Shown piece by piece: positions 25,601 through 36,600 of a DNA stretch of 64,000 bases. The position numbers and the translations under genes are program-made. The stretch is from assembly GCF_963921235.1 (NCBI RefSeq), contig NC_086108.1, positions 57,414,001-57,478,000 of the forward strand, written 5' to 3'. The number at the start of each line of letters is the position of its first letter. Position 1 is the first letter of the stretch. Source of the stretch: Mobula hypostoma (taxonomy: Eukaryota). The notes beneath the pieces are model-generated. The model was not told the origin of the DNA. It did no database searches and saw only the letters and a program-made list of their open reading frames with translations.

Positions 25601-28522
25601 TTAAATTAAATAAGCTGTGCAAAAATAGACGTAAGAAGTAGTGAGGTAGTGTTTATGGGTTTAATGCCCATTCGTAAATCTGATGGCAGAGGGGAAGAGG
25701 TTATTCCTGAATCACTGAGAGTATGCCTTTTTCCTGATGGTAGCAATGAGAAGAGAACATGTCCTGAGGGATGGGGGTCCTTAATGATGGATTCCACCTT
25801 TTTGAGGCATCGCTCCTTGAAGACATCCTGGATACTATAGAGGCTGGTGTCCATGATGGAGCTGACTAAGTTTACAAATCTCTGCAGCTTATTTTGATCT
25901 TGTGTGGTAGCCTCAGCCCCATATCAGACGGTAATGTAGCCACTTAGAAAGTGCTCTATGGAACATCTGTAGAAATTTGCAGACTTTCCAAATCTCCTCA
26001 AACTCCTAATGAAATATAGCTGTTGTTATGCCTTCTTTGTAGCTGCATTGATATGCTGGGTCCAGGATAGATCCTCAGAGATGATGACACTCAGCAGCTT
26101 GAAATTGCTCACTCTTTCCACTTCTGATCCCTCTATTACGACTGAGGTGCGTTCCCACGACTTACCCTTTCTGAAGTCCACAATCAGTTCTTGGTTCTTA
26201 TTGATGCTGAATGCAAATCAGTTATGTTCTTAGCAACTTAAAAATATCATAGTCCTTTTGTTATGCAACTGCTAAAAATCTGCAAATATCATAAATACAT
26301 GAGTCTATTAGCAGCTTGAAAAGGTGAACCTGATGTACTCTCTGTCACGTGAACTTTCTAGTTCCATTGTGTATTTCTTGGTTTTAAAGATTACCCTATT
26401 TGTTTCATTTAACTACACCCAATTCTATAGAATCAAAGTTTCTGCCAAATTGAAAGCACTTGTTTCGTGACTAAGTAAATAAGTACACCCTATCCTCGTT
26501 ATATGCAGGGGATGCTTTCCTCGCAGTCGACGCATAGAGTGGAAAACGCATAATGTGAATAATTATTTAAATAGAGAAAATAGGGATGCATTCTGGAGGG
26601 CTTCCTAAATATGTTTTATCTGTAATTTATTCACATTTTCATACCAATATTACACAAAAGCAGTACCACAAGGCAACATTCATATTATATTTCATCAATT
26701 TAAGGTAATATTCAATGTAATAAATCATAGAAAGTTAACATACTAGGGTGTACGGTATTCACCAACAGTGGCAGGTGTGTTGGCTCCGGGAGATGAGTGG
26801 ATGTGCAGTGGTGTCGGGCAGCTTTACATGGATGAGGTGGATGGTTGTGTGTCGTCAGGATCATCAAGGACAGTAAGGGGTGAAGGAAGACTCATAAAAC
26901 TCTCAGTACTGCCGACAGCAGGAGATGACACCGGTTTGAAGAAAGTGGTGAGGGTTGTTTGCTTGGCAGAATTTTGTTTTTCAGCATAAATTTGCTTGTA
27001 GGGAAGAAGGATTGACTGCAGGGAATGACTGAAATGCTGACTTCGTTCTAAACTTGGGTCCATGTCCATCACCATTTGTGCCAAGTGTTCCGCAGCCTTA
27101 AAAAATTCTGCCAGTTGCTTCACCGTAAAATCCTTCACCTGCTACTCGACACTTTCTTCTTCATCGTTATCACCTTCAGTCTGAGTTAAATGCAGAAGGT
27201 CATCCACACTTATTTCTTCATCATGAAAATCCAGTAGTTCTACCACGTCAGCAGTCTCAAGATCTGAGAATCCTTCCCCACCAACAGGAAGCATATTCTT
27301 ACTCAAACCCTTAACAGCACGGGTGTTTAGTGAATGGTAAACTAAGAGAGGCTTCATTTTACAGTCTGCTTCGGCGTTGGAACACATAAGCAGAGTCAAC
27401 TTATCCTTTGCTGCCTTGAAACCTGACGCTGTCTTTTCATCCTTACTTACGTAAGTGCGTTTCGGCATACGCTTCCAAAAAAGCCCGTTCTCGTCTGCAT
27501 TAAACACCCGCTTTGGCGTGATGCTTAACTCAGCTATCATAGCCCGCAACTGCAAAGGGTAGCGTTTAGCAGCTTTGTGGTCAGCACTAGCTTGCTCACC
27601 ACGCACAGCTAAGTTGTGAAGCCCGTGACGATTAACAAACTTAGAAAACCATCCCTTACTTGCATTAAAGCTAACAATATCACTTGACACTTCCTCACTA
27701 GCCTCTGAACAAAGGCGACCATAAATTTCTAAAGCTTTCACACGAAGATGATCAGAACTGAGTGTTGTTTTTTTCTTTGTTTCATGCTCAATGTACAAAC
27801 TCAACATCTTCTCCATTTTTGTCATAATCAGGTTATGCACTTTGGTAACAATCTTTGAAGACACTTGTGATGAATCAATCACTGCACTTTTTATTTTCTC
27901 AGCATTTTTCTTTATGTTTCTGATCTTGGACTCACCCAGACCGAAGTAGCATCCCAGAGCTGTGTTACCTTCACCTGACACTGCCCTGTTTATAATTTCC
28001 AACTTTTTTTCAAGTGTTAAAGCGGTTCTTTGCTGCTTGGCTGATGGCCCAGGACTTGACATAGGATGCTAAGGAGGCATAGTTAAATATTTCAAGCACA
28101 AAATCAGTGAACCGTAGGTAATAACAACAAAAGTTTAAGAGCACAAGATCGCACATCCACACGCCAAAACCAATGCGAGAATGGCGGGAGTGAGACTGTG
28201 AGGCATGCGCACATGACTTGTATTGTCGGGAAAGCGGTGCTTCTCATCCTAACAGCCTCGCAGAACTGAGAGTTTTGGACGCATACAAGGAGAAGTTGGT
28301 AGAAATTGGTTCGACGCATAGCAATGAATCTGCATCGTCTGTCGACGCATATAACGGGGATAGGGTACAGGGCTTTGAAGGAAATGTAATGTTATGTTTC
28401 TGATTATTAAATCTAATTGTGCTGTTTCTATATTACAGATAATTGGTCGGTGTTTAAATATCTTCAAACAGAAACCTTGGTTTCGTTCTCGTATAGAAAG
28501 GCAGGTTATATTGAGAACGTAA
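1455..28522 (+). CDS. MCCC2L: MCCC2-like (methylcrotonoyl-CoA carboxylase beta-like / carboxyltransferase) gene, 3' part; spliced CDS join(1455-1647,6418-6509,19574-19730,22583-22705,23381-23523,24160-24241,28439-28522); 5' exons lie upstream of the window
   Basis: Seven exons with canonical AG/GT sites and compatible phases give one open frame colinear with the C-terminal half of MCCC2 ([83 protein letters not shown]). Divergence indicates a paralogue rather than MCCC2 itself; the symbol is provisional. Confidence 0.88.
2850..3140 (-). mobile_element. tRNA-derived V-SINE (HE1-like) with CR1-type tail
   Basis: tRNA-like head with GAGTTCAATCC B box, V-domain (gttctcccc...ttttctcc...ccaaa...ggttaatt), tail gggcctgttccatgctgtacctctaaataaataaa. 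Confidence 0.7.
4874..4955. mobile_element. Tiny hAT-type MITE remnant
   Basis: CAGGGGTTCCCA...TGGGATCCCCTG terminal inverted repeats; imperfect 8-bp flanks (cattagag/ctctacag). Confidence 0.55.
6418..6509 (+). CDS. MCCC2L: MCCC2-like coding exon ([31 protein letters not shown])
   Basis: ctacag acceptor, gtaagg donor, 92 nt; strong match to the carboxyltransferase DGSxFxEFKAxYGxTLVTGFA motif. Confidence 0.93.
6590..7390 (+). mobile_element. CR1 LINE 3' fragment
   Basis: Decayed ORF2 end ([12 protein letters not shown]...RMRGDLIE), 3'UTR gaatggcggagcagactcgatgggcc and tcttat repeat tail. Confidence 0.85.
9017..10615 (-). mobile_element. CR1 LINE, 5'-truncated, RT region (ORFs 9232..10041, 10088..10438, 10339..10551)
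   Basis: [30 protein letters not shown] and FADD RT motifs; (tttctatg) tail at 9017-9032; frameshifts and internal deletions. Confidence 0.95.
10620..11645 (-). mobile_element. Older CR1 ORF1 remnant (zinc finger plus esterase-like region) with a Penelope-end fragment at about 11355-11450
   Basis: Minus strand reads [10 protein letters not shown]...CGKC-like zinc finger at about 11490-11590, followed by decayed CR1 ORF1-like sequence. Confidence 0.55.
12093..12668 (-). mobile_element. Rex1/Babar LINE 3' fragment
   Basis: YFLRSL...[23 protein letters not shown] motif; AATAAA plus (ctttgaa)n tail. Confidence 0.88.
12765..13870 (+). mobile_element. Highly decayed CR1 (+) interrupted by an inverted CR1 3' fragment (about 13102-13330)
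   Basis: Degenerate GSVLGP, KFADD and [15 protein letters not shown] nucleotide matches plus CR1 3'UTR. Confidence 0.65.
17335..19365 (-). mobile_element. Penelope-like element 3' part (GIY-YIG endonuclease remnant) with an inverted terminal copy at about 19000-19365, split by a solo LTR
   Basis: With 17824-18724 removed, the minus strand reads GVVYC...[14 protein letters not shown]. The same purine/pyrimidine-rich terminal repeat is present in opposite orientations at the two ends. Confidence 0.85.
17824..18724 (-). mobile_element. Solo LTR (901 bp, probably Gypsy-type)
   Basis: TGTTACG...CGTCACA termini, exact 4-bp TSD GGTC, minus-strand AATAAA at 17907-17912 near the 3' end, CpG-rich. 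Confidence 0.85.
19574..19730 (+). CDS. MCCC2L: MCCC2-like coding exon ([52 protein letters not shown])
   Basis: gttttcag acceptor, gtacaa donor, 157 nt; lies within ORF 19548..19742. Confidence 0.92.
21005..21256 (-). mobile_element. Young tRNA-derived SINE with (CA)n tail
   Basis: 10-bp TSD AGATTCAAAT (20995-21004 and 21257-21266); A-box-like AGTGGCATCAGCG and B box GTTCGAATCC; CpGs retained. Confidence 0.8.
21283..22102 (+). mobile_element. Non-coding non-autonomous retroelement with a Rex1/Babar-type 3' tail
   Basis: Begins CTTCCGGTCAAGATGGCGCC; ends AATAAAATGAACCTTTGAATCTTTGAA, like the tail at 12093-12120; no recognisable ORF. Confidence 0.6.
22583..22705 (+). CDS. MCCC2L: MCCC2-like coding exon ([41 protein letters not shown])
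   Basis: ctttatag acceptor, gtatat donor, 123 nt, phase 0-0; aligns with MCCC2 [25 protein letters not shown]. Confidence 0.92.
23381..23523 (+). CDS. MCCC2L: MCCC2-like coding exon ([48 protein letters not shown])
   Basis: gtttcag acceptor, gttagt donor, 143 nt; WPNARI motif. Confidence 0.9.
24160..24241 (+). CDS. MCCC2L: MCCC2-like coding exon ([27 protein letters not shown])
   Basis: tttctgtag acceptor, gtaagc donor, 82 nt; WDDG(V/I)IxPADTR motif. Confidence 0.92.
25485..26215 (-). mobile_element. Rex1/Babar LINE 3' fragment
   Basis: [30 protein letters not shown] motif; (ctgatt)n tail. Confidence 0.87.
26486..28367 (-). mobile_element. Tigger/pogo (Tc1-mariner superfamily) DNA transposon, internally deleted
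   Basis: About 21-bp TIRs (ACCCTATCCTCGTTATATGC / GCATATAACGGGGATAGGGT), TA on the left flank; transposase with CENP-B-type HTH domains, [23 protein letters not shown] and the start of DDE_1. Confidence 0.92.
26824..28080 (-). pseudogene. Tigger-like transposase pseudogene (ORFs 27142..28062 and 26824..27138 in one frame)
   Basis: ATG CCT CCT TAG at 28080 and TAG at 27142-27144 interrupt a single frame; most of the DDE core is missing between KNMLPV and GGEGFSD. Confidence 0.85.
28439..28522 (+). CDS. MCCC2L: MCCC2-like terminal coding exon ([27 protein letters not shown])
   Basis: tattacag acceptor in the required phase 0; length and ending (ILRT vs IFRM) fit the MCCC2 C-terminus; several AATAAA follow at about 28650-28770. 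Confidence 0.75.
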   Translation: MIGRCLNIFKQKPWFRSRIERQVILRT

Positions 28523-30765
28523 ACATGGAAATTGACCCAATGAAGAAAAAATGGAGTTGGAATTATGCTTTTGTTGATTAAGGATGGCCAGCAAGCTCAA
28601 TTTTCGAAAAGGCATACAACAATTAATATGACTTGAGGGCCTGGTTCAAAATAAACAAAATTTTGTGATTCTGCAGGATTCTTATTTGTTACCTGAGGTG
28701 CACATGTAATAAATTAGCTGGTTCAGGTTGCTGAAGGTTTCATGTCTGCAGCGTGGAATCATTTCAATAAACTACATGTGGTGTGCATCAATTACCTTAG
28801 TCCAAGATGGAGCATAATTGTATTTGACTGTAACAAATGCCTAAAGTTAATGACCTGCTTTGGCATTTCCTATCCTCAAACTAATCGTTCTTTTTTTGCA
28901 GATCTAACAAAGAGATCATGTATGTAAAGATGAAGTAAACCAGCCCAATGGTTGTTTGGTAGAATTTCTGAATACTTCTATACTGTTACTTCTGTCTTTT
29001 TAGTTCATTTTATAATGATCTTGGATACTCCGAAATGATGCTATCACAACAGTAAAATGACTTAGTTATCCTGAAATATTCACAAATTTTCTTCTGTACG
29101 GTTCAAAGCTGTGAGGATTGTAATGGGGCCGAGGAAGGAATTCTCAGTACTACAGAAATACTGGGTTATTCCACTACAAGTTATAGCACTAAAGTTTAAG
29201 CGAAACCTGTTGAAGGTACTAATTCAAAGTGGCATTCCGTGTCTATAACTGTTTTTCACAGTTGCCATTCTATCTTAATTTATTATCTGGTTATGGATGG
29301 AGCAGTCATAGTCATACTGTTAACTGAGTTTCTGAAAATATTACGAGTCAATCACCTCGTGTGGGATTGTGCTGTGATTCCCGAGGAGAGATTTTGGTGA
29401 AGTAGGTGAAGTTTGAGAGACTAGAAACTTTTATGTAATATTCCCTGGTGGAACTCCAGAAAGTGATCACATCCAGATTTATCACTTGCCACATTGGAAT
29501 TTGAATTCTGTATTGGTTCTGCAATTCCATCACACTACTTTTTCCTTTTTCACCAAGTCGTAATTCAAGGATCTGTCAACACTCACTAATCGGACTTGAA
29601 TACATAATGACAAGTTGGATGAGGTGGTGAGGGCAACCAGAGCTTCTGTCAAGACAGACACCACAGTACTGGAGATAAACTTGTTATAGATACCTTGATC
29701 AACAAAAGATTATATTTTTAAACTTTTGTGTAATGTGGAACATCTGTTATCAATAAATTTGTTATGTACTATCATGGAAGGAAAACAAAGATCTTTAATC
29801 TCATATTTTGTGTTGTGGAAAGGAGCTTTTATCCAAAGTAAAAAGACAGAAATTAAGGTCATGATGAGTGCAAATCAAAACAGAACCAAATGTGGTTCAA
29901 GTAGGAATCTGAATTGCACTTGAAATGTCTGGATGTATATTAGAAATATGGTGTAATAGGATGGGTTAAAAACAGTTTATCATTTGGTTTCAGCAATCTC
30001 ATGAGTTTTGAAATTCAATTCTGTACAAAGGGCCAAGTGTGCACATCATAATCAACATTTTTGTAAACTGGCAATTCTTATCGTAGGACAGTTCTCAACT
30101 GAATTACAGGTTCAGGACACCACATTCTCCAGCTGGTTCTGCCTGATTGTGTTGTATCTGAACTGGTGTGTATGAATACTGGTAATGAATACAAAGAACA
30201 GCTAATACATCTCCCAACTTGAGCTTGTAAAGCAGGATGAGCACAAAATTCAATTGGCAATGCTGCTCTGTGTATAAACTGATTTCAAAAATGCATCACT
30301 TACAGCGTCTGGAGCCCACCATGTAAAGTATGGTGAGTTTGAATTACTTAAAGCAACTTGTCTGAAGGCCATAGTCATGGAGGACTAGCAGCAGTGCAAC
30401 TTGCCCGACTTTCAATTTTGATTTTGTTTAAGGATGAGCCAGAAGCAGCAGGGAAAATAACAATTGGAAAACAGTTGAATTAGAAATGCGAACAAACCAA
30501 TCAAATTACTGAATGAACAGGAACTTGTTCATTATTTTAATACTGTAAATCATATTATTACTAACTGGTCATAAATAAGAGAAAATCTGCATATGCTGGA
30601 AATCCAAGCAGTGCACACAAAATGCTGGAGGAACGCAGCAGGCCAGGCAGCATCTCTGGAAAAGAGTAAACGGTCGACGTTTCAGGCCGAGATCCTTTAC
30701 CATTTATAGTATCTGCTGATTTTCTCATGTTTATAGAAATATGAATGTGAAATACCTCAACTAAT

Positions 30766-31518
30766 TTGGGCAAGGCAGACTTATCTGCGGTACTGATGGA
30801 GGCATGATCAGGTCCTGAAGACCATCGCTGAAACCGTCAGCGCAGGAGTTGAGTGGGCGAAACGGTCCCGACCCTCCAAGCAGACCATTGCCTTTGTCAG
30901 AGCTGGGGAGCAGCCAATACCTGCCAAAAGAACATCTGCAGGCATTCTGACCTCTGCAAGGGACTGGCAGCTGTTGGTGGACCTCCAAGGGCAGCTGAAG
31001 TTCCCCAACCATATCGTAGCCACCAACCTGTGACCAGACATTGTCCTTGTGTCTGAGTCTACTAAGCAAGTGGTGCTGCTGGAGCTGACAGTCCCATGGG
31101 AAGATAGGTTGGAGGAGGCCTTTGAAAGGAAGCTCTCCAAGTACGCAGGACTGGTGAGCAACTGTCAGCAGGCTGGATGGAGAGCGAGGTGTCTCCCAGT
31201 GGAGGTTGGTTGTAGGGGATCGTAGCCCGTTCTTTAGTTAGAGCCTTCAGCAATTTGGGCATCGAGGGAGAGAGGAAGAGGAGAGCCATCCGCAGTACGA
31301 CCGATGTGGCAGAGAGGACCTCAAGATGGCTGTGGCTCAAAAGAGGGGAGCCATGGAGTCATAAGTAGCTAGCCACCTGGACACAAGCTGGTGTCTGATC
31401 AGCCCCGGCTGGGTCACCTGGAGGAGGGTGTATGATGTTGAAAGACCCGAAACACCCAATGATTCCAGGAACATCACTGAAGATGTGTCCAGAAGCATCA
31501 GTAGATGTATGTACACAG
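30766..31518 (+). mobile_element. HERO-like (R2-group, restriction-like endonuclease) non-LTR retrotransposon 3' fragment
   Basis: RY*WRHDQVLKTIA...L*PDIVLVSESTKQVVLLELTVPWEDRLEEAFERKLSKY...PVEVGCRG, an RHD plus PD-(D/E)xK RLE domain; both stops look like CGA>TGA. Confidence 0.85.
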
Positions 31519-34112
31519 CGGCTTTTTAAATTTATAACTTTTAATTTGGACTATAATCACATTAACAATTATATCCTATGTTGAGATATTAAGACAGTGT
31601 TTTGTGATACTAGTAACTTGGAGAAGTAGGTCTAAAACAGAATCAAAATGGTCCAACTGGCATATCATCTCCCCTTTATCATATTAATATAGTCAGTTTC
31701 AAATCAAGATTCTTAAATTTTCATTTCAAAATTTTCAATAATAATTTCAGACTGAAAGCAGATAAACCAGCTTGTTCGTTGCTAAGAAAACTACAAATGT
31801 GCACCTTTTAAAACATTTGTCCTGAATATACTGTATAGTGTAAAGACGACACATTCACAATTAGGTGGAAAATATTTTTTTTAATTAGTTTGTGAATAAT
31901 TACAATTTCACACATCACAGCAAATTAATTTACAATTTTAATTCAAATGTAGTTTTCTCTTTTTACCTGTTTCCCCTGTTCCCCAGATGATTTCTTTTAC
32001 AAAGGGAACAAATACATGCCACTAGTGGAGAGGCATTCTTAGAAACTGAGTAGAGTGAGACTAATCAAACATGGATGTTACAACAATTGCTATCTGCTTG
32101 TATATGCTGCCACACACTAGCCAAAAATGGAGATTAGGTTTAATTCTAATCCAGTTTCACTGATATGAATTCCACCCTTTTGCCCAACAGCACATGAGAA
32201 CATGGATGGATGCTGCCTGTTAATTTTGTTTGAATTGCCACTAACAAGAACTGTTTAGTTTGTTACTTGGTTTAATAGAGTTAATGTTCACTTCCAGGGC
32301 ATGATTGTTAAAGCATTACATATTGTAAAACTTTTAATTTGTTGACTTTTTCCATTTAAATTGGTCATAGTTTCAGCAGTTTTTTAAAATAACACTAGAA
32401 TTAATAAGCCCTTAATAAGAAATACCTTCTTTGGAACAATATCAAGATTGTATGGCCTTTTGTAAGGAATGATTGTGCGAGAAATTACAAAACAAGCAAC
32501 ATTGAGACGAGTGGAAAAGTAGGTCAATGGAAACTAGCAGTACACCATCTGCATAACAAGAACCTAAGCTTGATGATCCTCAACAATTACAACTCTGCAA
32601 AGTATTAGGTTCTAAGCTGTGTTTAATGAAATTACTGTGATTTGCTTCCAAATTTCTAAAATCACATGCTTACTGAGTTTCTTTCATACATTTATCCTCC
32701 TGACTTGTTTTAGCATTCACTGTTTGCATTTATCTTCTTAGTTATATGGGGAAAAGTGCTAACTGCCTTGAACTGGTTTCTTTTTGGCGTAGAAAATCTT
32801 GAAAAGGAAGAAATATGGACGCTCAAAGTTATATTGATATGCACGGGCTTTGAGAGATTGGAAAATGTACAAAGAATTGAAATAAGGCCTGCAAGAGAGT
32901 AGTGCCAATGGTCACTGAGTTCTACCTTTATAGTTATGGCAAAGGAAAAAAAGAGAGAATAGATTGAGTGCATGAATGGTTACAGAACTAGAAATGAAGA
33001 ATAAAGCATATAATAGAAGAGATAAGTAGGAAGGAAGTTAGAAAGAGAGGGAGATACCTTGAGAAAGGGAGCACAGAATTAGAAATCAATGCATTGGAGA
33101 ATATTTAGTCAGGATAATAGGCTTAGGGCATTTGAACCAACAAGTGAATGGACTTCTGGATGAGATGAAGTTTAGAAAGGGTAGAACAGGAATATTGGGC
33201 AAAGGCATTAAGAAAGTTACAATTACTTATTTAAAGCGACTTCCATGGGTGATATACAAAGGGGCTCTCTTTCTGCTATCTTATTGCCCACAATGGTTCC
33301 TGAAAAGTCCTTCCAAAAAAATGGCACAAACATGGAAGAAAGTCGTCTAAAGTCAGCTCTTAAAAAAGAACTATCAGTTTCAAAATAAACATCTAATAGA
33401 AGAATAGAAGGCCATGGGAGGGAAGGGTCAGACTGATCTTAGAGTAGGTTAAAAAGTCACCACAACATTGTGGGTTGAAGTGCCTGCACTGTGCAGTAAT
33501 GTTCTATGTTAAAATCATATTGGATGACAAAGCATGAAAAGGAATTTGAAAATGGGAATTATTTTGGGGTTGCAGCAAGCAAAATTTTGCAAATGAAAAA
33601 TTGTTATGCTGATGCCTTGAATGCAGAAATGAGTATGTATTAGAATGGAAAGCACTATTAATTCATGGAGATCCACCAATGAACAGTTAGGAATGAAGAT
33701 GAAATCAGTAGAGTTTGATTGGAGCAAGTTTCAACTCAGCTAGATTTTAATGGGTAGAACGACTGCTGCAAGAGCACTTTGGGGATCAAGGGGTGAGGTG
33801 CTAAGGTATAACTGAATGTAAATAACAAATATTAAAGTTTATCCCATGCCAAAAGCTGTCACCATTCAGAAGAAACTGATAGTGGAACCTTGTGTATAAC
33901 ATAGATGACATAAGCTTGTGGGAGGTGTAACCACGGCTGGAGAAATGCTGGCTGTATTATACAAGAAAGGGAAGAAACAATACAGTAAACCATGAAATAA
34001 CAGAGGTGGAAGAGGATGACAAATTCCACTTGTCATGCTGTAAAAATGTGAAGCATGATGAACTGAAGTGATTCAACAATCACAGACATTTTGTTCAGTG
34101 TATCCTCACTTT

Positions 34113-34718
34113 ACCATGAGACCATAAGACAAAGGAGCAGAAGCCGGCCATTCGGCCGATCGAGTCTGCTCTGCCATTTTATCATGAGCTGATCCATTCT
34201 CCCATTTAGTCCCACTCCCCTGCCTTCTCACCATAACCTTTGATGCCCTGGCTACTCAGATACCTATCAATCTCTGCCTTAAATACACCCAATGACTTGG
34301 CCTCCACTGCCGCCAGCGGCAACAAATTCCATAGATTCACCACCCTCTGGCTAAAAAAATTTCTTCACATCTCTGTTCTGAATGAGAGCCCTTCAATCCT
34401 AAAGTCATGCCCTCTCGTACTAGACCCCCTCATCATGGGAAACAACTTTGCCACATCCACCCTGTCCATGCCTTTCAACATTCGAAATGTTTCTATGAGG
34501 TCTCCCCTCATTCTTCTAAACTCCAAGGAATACAGTCCAAGAGCGGACAAACATTGCTCATATGTTAACCCTCTCATTCCTGGAATCACTCTAGTGAATC
34601 TTCTCTGTACCCTCTCCATCGTCAGCACATCCTTTCTTAAATAAGGAGACCAAAACTGCCCACAGTACTCCAAGTGAGGTCTCACCAGTGCCTTATAGAG
34701 CCTCAACATCACATCCCT
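34113..34718 (-). mobile_element. CR1 LINE 3' fragment
   Basis: [25 protein letters not shown]...[10 protein letters not shown]; tcttatgg-type tail. Confidence 0.92.
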
Positions 34719-36306
34719 ACAGATGCAATAAAAATAGACTGGGTGAATTTTACAAGAGAAGATAAAGATGAGGTATACTTTCAAAGGGATGGAAAGAGTA
34801 GCAGCGCATTTTAAGGAACAGGGTTTGAAAAGGGAGAATCATCTGAAGGAATTGTTTATATTACTAGTGAGTACAAGAGAAAGCATCTGAGTGTTCAGGA
34901 AGCAAAGGAGGAGGTTTCAAAGAAGAAGGAAGTTGTTAATATTGATATCCAGTACTTGGAAAGTCCTGAGGAGATTATGGGAGAAAAGAAGGGGTCAAGG
35001 TGAAATGTTGGGACCAGGAGGTTGCTTGGAGCCATAACAGCTAAAGCTCAGATTCTAGAAATAAAATTGTAAATGTTTCTTGTGCTTTAGGACAAAGCTG
35101 ATGGTGAATGGAATACATGGAAATATGGAAATCCTTCCTTGCTTTTGATTATAAGGTCCTCAGCTAAAGGTTGTAGTTTAAACACAAAATTATTCAATAT
35201 CAAAAATTCCATCTGTATTTATGATACAATAATTCTAATGCGATTAGACTTGTTTATCATATTGGCAATCTCATTTAATGATAATGGTTCATTCTGCTCT
35301 TATTAATGGATTGTGCAAATTAAGGGTGTATCTCAGCTTCATGATTATTTTCTATATATACAATGTGAGCCTCAGTGACTATTGACAAGTTACAGAGTGT
35401 GGCGGGGCAGATAGAATGCAAGATAAGAACCAACTGATTCTTCCTCCTCTATCCTAATTACCAAATCCAACTATACCATTCTGTTTTGCCTTAGATTACA
35501 TTCCGTTTAGATTTGCTGACTAAGGAACTAACTCAGTCAAACAGAACTAAGCAATCTCTTGTCTTTTACTCATTAGGTTAGCATCATAAATTCACAAATG
35601 CACAACTTGAAGGGATGGATTATCGTCAGAATACTCATTTTATAACAATGATCTAGACTGGATTTTTCAATAGTTAACTTGCTGTTGCTACAGGTATTTG
35701 ACAATAAAGAAATGGCAATTAATTTTTTTCCTTTATTTTCTAAGGGTTTTTGTTTGAATTCTCGAATTATTGCAAATTCTATGGTTAAGATTATTGCTCA
35801 GGTTTCTGTAGGGGTTACAGTACTCCCAGTCTCTGCAGAAAGACAGAAGTATTTACCTTCTCTGTAAATGATAATCTTACAGGAGATGTGAAGACTCACT
35901 CATGGAATATTTGCATCTTTCTCTTGGCAGCATGTTGTGCAAGGCTTCCATTACTTAATTAAATTTAATTAATTGGATTTAATTAAGTTAATTAAAGGTC
36001 TCTGTGATATGCAAATGAACAGTCTATGTTGCACAAATGTTTGCTTCCTCCACTAGGTTTGATGTAGCTGGGAGCCATACAGAGGTTTTCACTTGGGCTG
36101 AAATCCAGAGGAATGCAAATGGCATGGCTCAAGGAGCATGGAATTCTGATGTACATTTTGCTGAACACAACATTAAGAATGAAGTAACTAACAATCTAGC
36201 CTTTTTTTGGGACATTAACTTCTTTGTTGCTCTGTTAAGCTGTGATGTCATAGAATGAATGCTTGGTTTCATGCAGAAAACCAATATTGGCTTAAACTAA
36301 TTTCAA

Positions 36307-36350
36307 TTTATTGTGCGGTTTAAAACTATTAAGTAACTAGGACATTTATT
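36307..36350 (-). terminator. Candidate RPE65 polyadenylation signals (two AATAAA at 36345-36350 and 36307-36312 on the minus strand)
   Basis: Canonical hexamers 100-145 nt past the stop codon; usage unverified in AT-rich DNA. Confidence 0.4.
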
Positions 36351-36451
36351 TTCATACCACTTGAACAAATCAGGTAGTGTGTTTACTCTGTTCGACATAT
36401 ATTGGTTTATCTCACATTGCAGCATATTGAGTTCCACCAGGTAATATGCCG

Positions 36452-36600
36452 TCAAGGTTTATACATTCCATGGAAGGTAACAGGGATATTGATCTCCACT
36501 TCTGCCCTTGCTATCTCACTGAGATTCTTAGCATCCAAAATGAGAAGGAAGGCAGGATTTTGCCCTGAACCTGGGCTAATTACTGATGTCAGCAGCACTC
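36452..36600 (-). CDS. RPE65: RPE65 exon 14 coding part ([48 protein letters not shown])
   Basis: ttcacag acceptor, TGA at 36452-36454; TFHG contains H527. Confidence 0.96.

Noticed and set aside
1455..28522. Canonical MCCC2 or PCCB
   Set aside because: Motifs that are nearly invariant in MCCC2 ([24 protein letters not shown], GIFRM) are altered, and the sequence is closer to MCCC2 than to PCCB, so it is called a paralogue.
29348..29700. Possible small gene between the two convergent genes
   Set aside because: Only short ORFs with no recognisable homology or convincing splice pattern.
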